Virus record (IMG/VR): IMGVR_UViG_2657245113_000004
Location: 49,322 to 69,321 of that record
From: an uncultured virus (IMG/VR IMGVR_UViG_2657245113_000004)
Lineage: Duplodnaviria; Heunggongvirae; Uroviricota; Caudoviricetes
Reading direction: 5' to 3' (one strand)
Length of the DNA stretch: 20,000 nt
Positions 18,344 through 20,000 of the stretch are shown here, one piece after another; the first letter of the stretch is position 1; each line of letters starts with the position of its first letter. The position numbers and the translations under genes were made by a program. The notes under the pieces were generated by a model. The model saw only the letters and a program-made list of their open reading frames with translations. It was not told the origin of the DNA and made no database searches.

Positions 18344-18763
18344 ATGATGCGAATATCGAAAAACTTGCCTTCAGGGCAGAAAAAACCAAGGCGTAATATT
18401 CAACTTGTTCTTGAGCGCTGGGGTGTATGGGCTAAAGATAATTCAGGTATTGACTATTCCTCTATTGCCGCAGGGTTTAAAGGTTTACTCCCATACACCA
18501 CCTCATCACGACCTTCATGTTGTGATGATGATGGATTAGCCGTTGATGGATGTGTTTCTCGTTTAAAACGTCATCGGTATGATGAGTGGGAATTGGTCAT
18601 TCGGCATTATGTCTATAATCAATCCAAACGTGCTATTGCAAGGCAACAAAAGAAAGACGAAAGAGCAATAAGAATAAATCTACAAATGGCTGAGGGCTTT
18701 GTTGATGGTTGCCTTGCTATGATGGATATTCGCCTTGAGATGGACGCCGAAATACAAAATTAA
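18344..18763 (+). CDS. Q: Phage late antitermination protein Q
   Basis: RNIQLVLERWGVWA...IDYSSIAAGFKGLLP...CCDDDGL...LQMAEGFVDGCL; located upstream of the lysis genes. Confidence 0.92.
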   Translation: MMRISKNLPSGQKKPRRNIQLVLERWGVWAKDNSGIDYSSIAAGFKGLLPYTTSSRPSCCDDDGLAVDGCVSRLKRHRYDEWELVIRHYVYNQSKRAIARQQKKDERAIRINLQMAEGFVDGCLAMMDIRLEMDAEIQN

Positions 18764-18851
18764 TTTTTTATGATAAAAGTGTTGGTGCGGCCGCAAAAAG
18801 TGCATTAGTCTGATAACAGTTGGTTGTGCAGTTGCACTCACACAGTCAAAT

Positions 18852-18876
18852 AAACCTCGCTCAGGCGGGGTTTTTT
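18852..18876 (+). terminator. tR'-like terminator of the late promoter
   Basis: AAACCTCGC-TCAG-GCGGGGTTT plus a U-tract, about 90 nt after Q. Confidence 0.75.
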
Positions 18877-18938
18877 CATTTTACCCCAAGCATTGATGAG
18901 GCCCGATACTTTTGGGCTCAGCTCCTAACGCGTATTAA

Positions 18939-19115
18939 TTAGAACATCGAGAGCAGCAGGGCAACGGGCAGGCTTAAGGGCCAGGTTATACCAATTAAAA
19001 GTGATGACAAGCACCTTACTACTAAGCTCTGGTCACGTGTCAGCGGGAAAATAATGAAAGTAGAAATAATAACGCCAACTACATAAATACAGAGCAGAAT
19101 AAAACCGGTATTCAT
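18939..19115 (-). CDS. GhoT/OrtT family small membrane toxin
   Basis: 58 aa with two TM segments, ending LIGITWPLSLPVALLLSMF (GhoT: LVGITWPMSLPVALLFSLF). SD AAGGA before the ATG at 19115. Confidence 0.85.
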   Translation of the reverse strand: MNTGFILLCIYVVGVIISTFIIFPLTRDQSLVVRCLSSLLIGITWPLSLPVALLLSMF

Positions 19116-19339
19116 CGAGCAATTTTCCTTTTGTCTATGTTGTTGGCTTATTATCACCGAAAGAGACGGTATTTTTACATAATAATTTAAATTATTAGGC
19201 CTCGCTATTTGTGTGGTTTTATAGTTCATCGCCAGCATCAATTATCCTCAAATAATCTCTGCGTCTGGATGGGGCACGGCGGCGAGCTATTTTCCAAAAG
19301 CAGCAAATATATGCCCAGGCCAACTGGCAGGGGGAGACA

Positions 19340-19516
19340 ATGAAGATGGATAAATATTCCAGCGCGATATCCTTGTGGTTCGGCGGGTTAACAACAACGA
19401 TTGGTGCGTTATCTCTAAACGAATGGGCCATGGTAGTCGGTATTGTCTGCACGACGGGAACCTTTATTGTGAATTGGCACTATAAGCGAAAAGAATTTCA
19501 ATTACGGAAGAAATAA
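19340..19516 (+). CDS. Class II holin (phage 21 S-like pinholin) with M-K-M dual start
   Basis: 58 aa, below the ORF-track cutoff: MKMDKYSSAISLWFGG...LSLNEWAMVVGIVCT..TFIVNWHYKRKE. SD GGAG; ends 1 nt before the endolysin. Confidence 0.88.
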   Translation: MKMDKYSSAISLWFGGLTTTIGALSLNEWAMVVGIVCTTGTFIVNWHYKRKEFQLRKK

Positions 19517-19517
19517 A

Positions 19518-20000
19518 ATGTCTCCAACTCTTCGCAGTAAGTTAATGGGTGTTTCTGCTTTCGGAGCACTGGCTATTGCTGGTGTATTACTGGGTGGTGA
19601 AGATGGATTAGAGGGCCGCAAGTATGTGGCTTACTACGATGTCGTCAATGTCCTCACTGTATGCGATGGCCACACCGGTAAAGATATCATCCCCAGTAAA
19701 AAATATTCTGATGCGGAATGCGATGCTTTATTGCAACAAGATCTGACGCCGGTACAACGCATTGTTGATGCAGCTGTGAAAATCCCACTAAGCCAATACC
19801 AGAAAGCGGCTCTGTACTCGTTCACCTATAACGTCGGGCAGCATGCTTTTATCCAATCTACGCTGCTTAAAAAGCTCAATACTGGCGACATCAAAGGCGC
19901 TTGCGATGAGTTACGCCGCTGGATATATGCTGATGGTCAGTCGTGGAAAGGGTTAAAGAATCGTCGCGAGGTAGAGCGGGAATTATGCCTGACAGATTAA
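19518..20000 (+). CDS. SAR endolysin (GH24 lysozyme, R21-like)
   Basis: Gly/Ala-rich N-terminal SAR segment; E-x8-D-x5-T triad (LEGRKYVAYYDVVNVLT); SFTYNVG; GL.NRREVERELC. Confidence 0.93.
   Translation: MSPTLRSKLMGVSAFGALAIAGVLLGGEDGLEGRKYVAYYDVVNVLTVCDGHTGKDIIPSKKYSDAECDALLQQDLTPVQRIVDAAVKIPLSQYQKAALYSFTYNVGQHAFIQSTLLKKLNTGDIKGACDELRRWIYADGQSWKGLKNRREVERELCLTD

Larger units (their letters stand above)
15940..20000. mobile_element. Cryptic, reduced lambdoid prophage (immunity region, Q, lysis); continues to the right
   Basis: Repressor with operators, DUF1367-like remnant, Q, holin and endolysin in lambdoid order. No cro, replication or recombination genes are present. Confidence 0.8.

Noticed and set aside
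19219..19452. 77-aa minus-strand ORF
   Set aside because: Antisense to the holin.

Overview
Enterobacterial accessory region, probably Yersinia (inferred from gene content), in three parts. (1) 1-9749 is the end of a temperate prophage. It holds a 5'-truncated ~1950+ aa polyvalent protein, then AT-rich cargo: a coupled PRTase-fold + NADAR gene pair, an unknown convergent gene pair and a small membrane protein. It ends at an att core that duplicates the 3' end of the SdsR/RyeB sRNA. (2) 9750-13500 is a decayed hotspot with a second att-like remnant, an IS6 relic, a DUF1120 gene with a premature stop, a degraded M15-like peptidase and a broken deaminase polymorphic toxin whose immunity gene is intact. 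(3) 13800-20000 holds an ABC-F ATPase and a CatB/Vat-like acetyltransferase, each behind a leader-peptide/attenuator-like element, diverging from a lambdoid repressor that keeps its operators. These are followed by a stripped prophage late module: Q, a GhoT/OrtT-type toxin, a dual-start holin and a SAR endolysin. The best candidate for an undescribed system is the PRTase-NADAR pair. Family calls come from motif recognition only; no searches were run.
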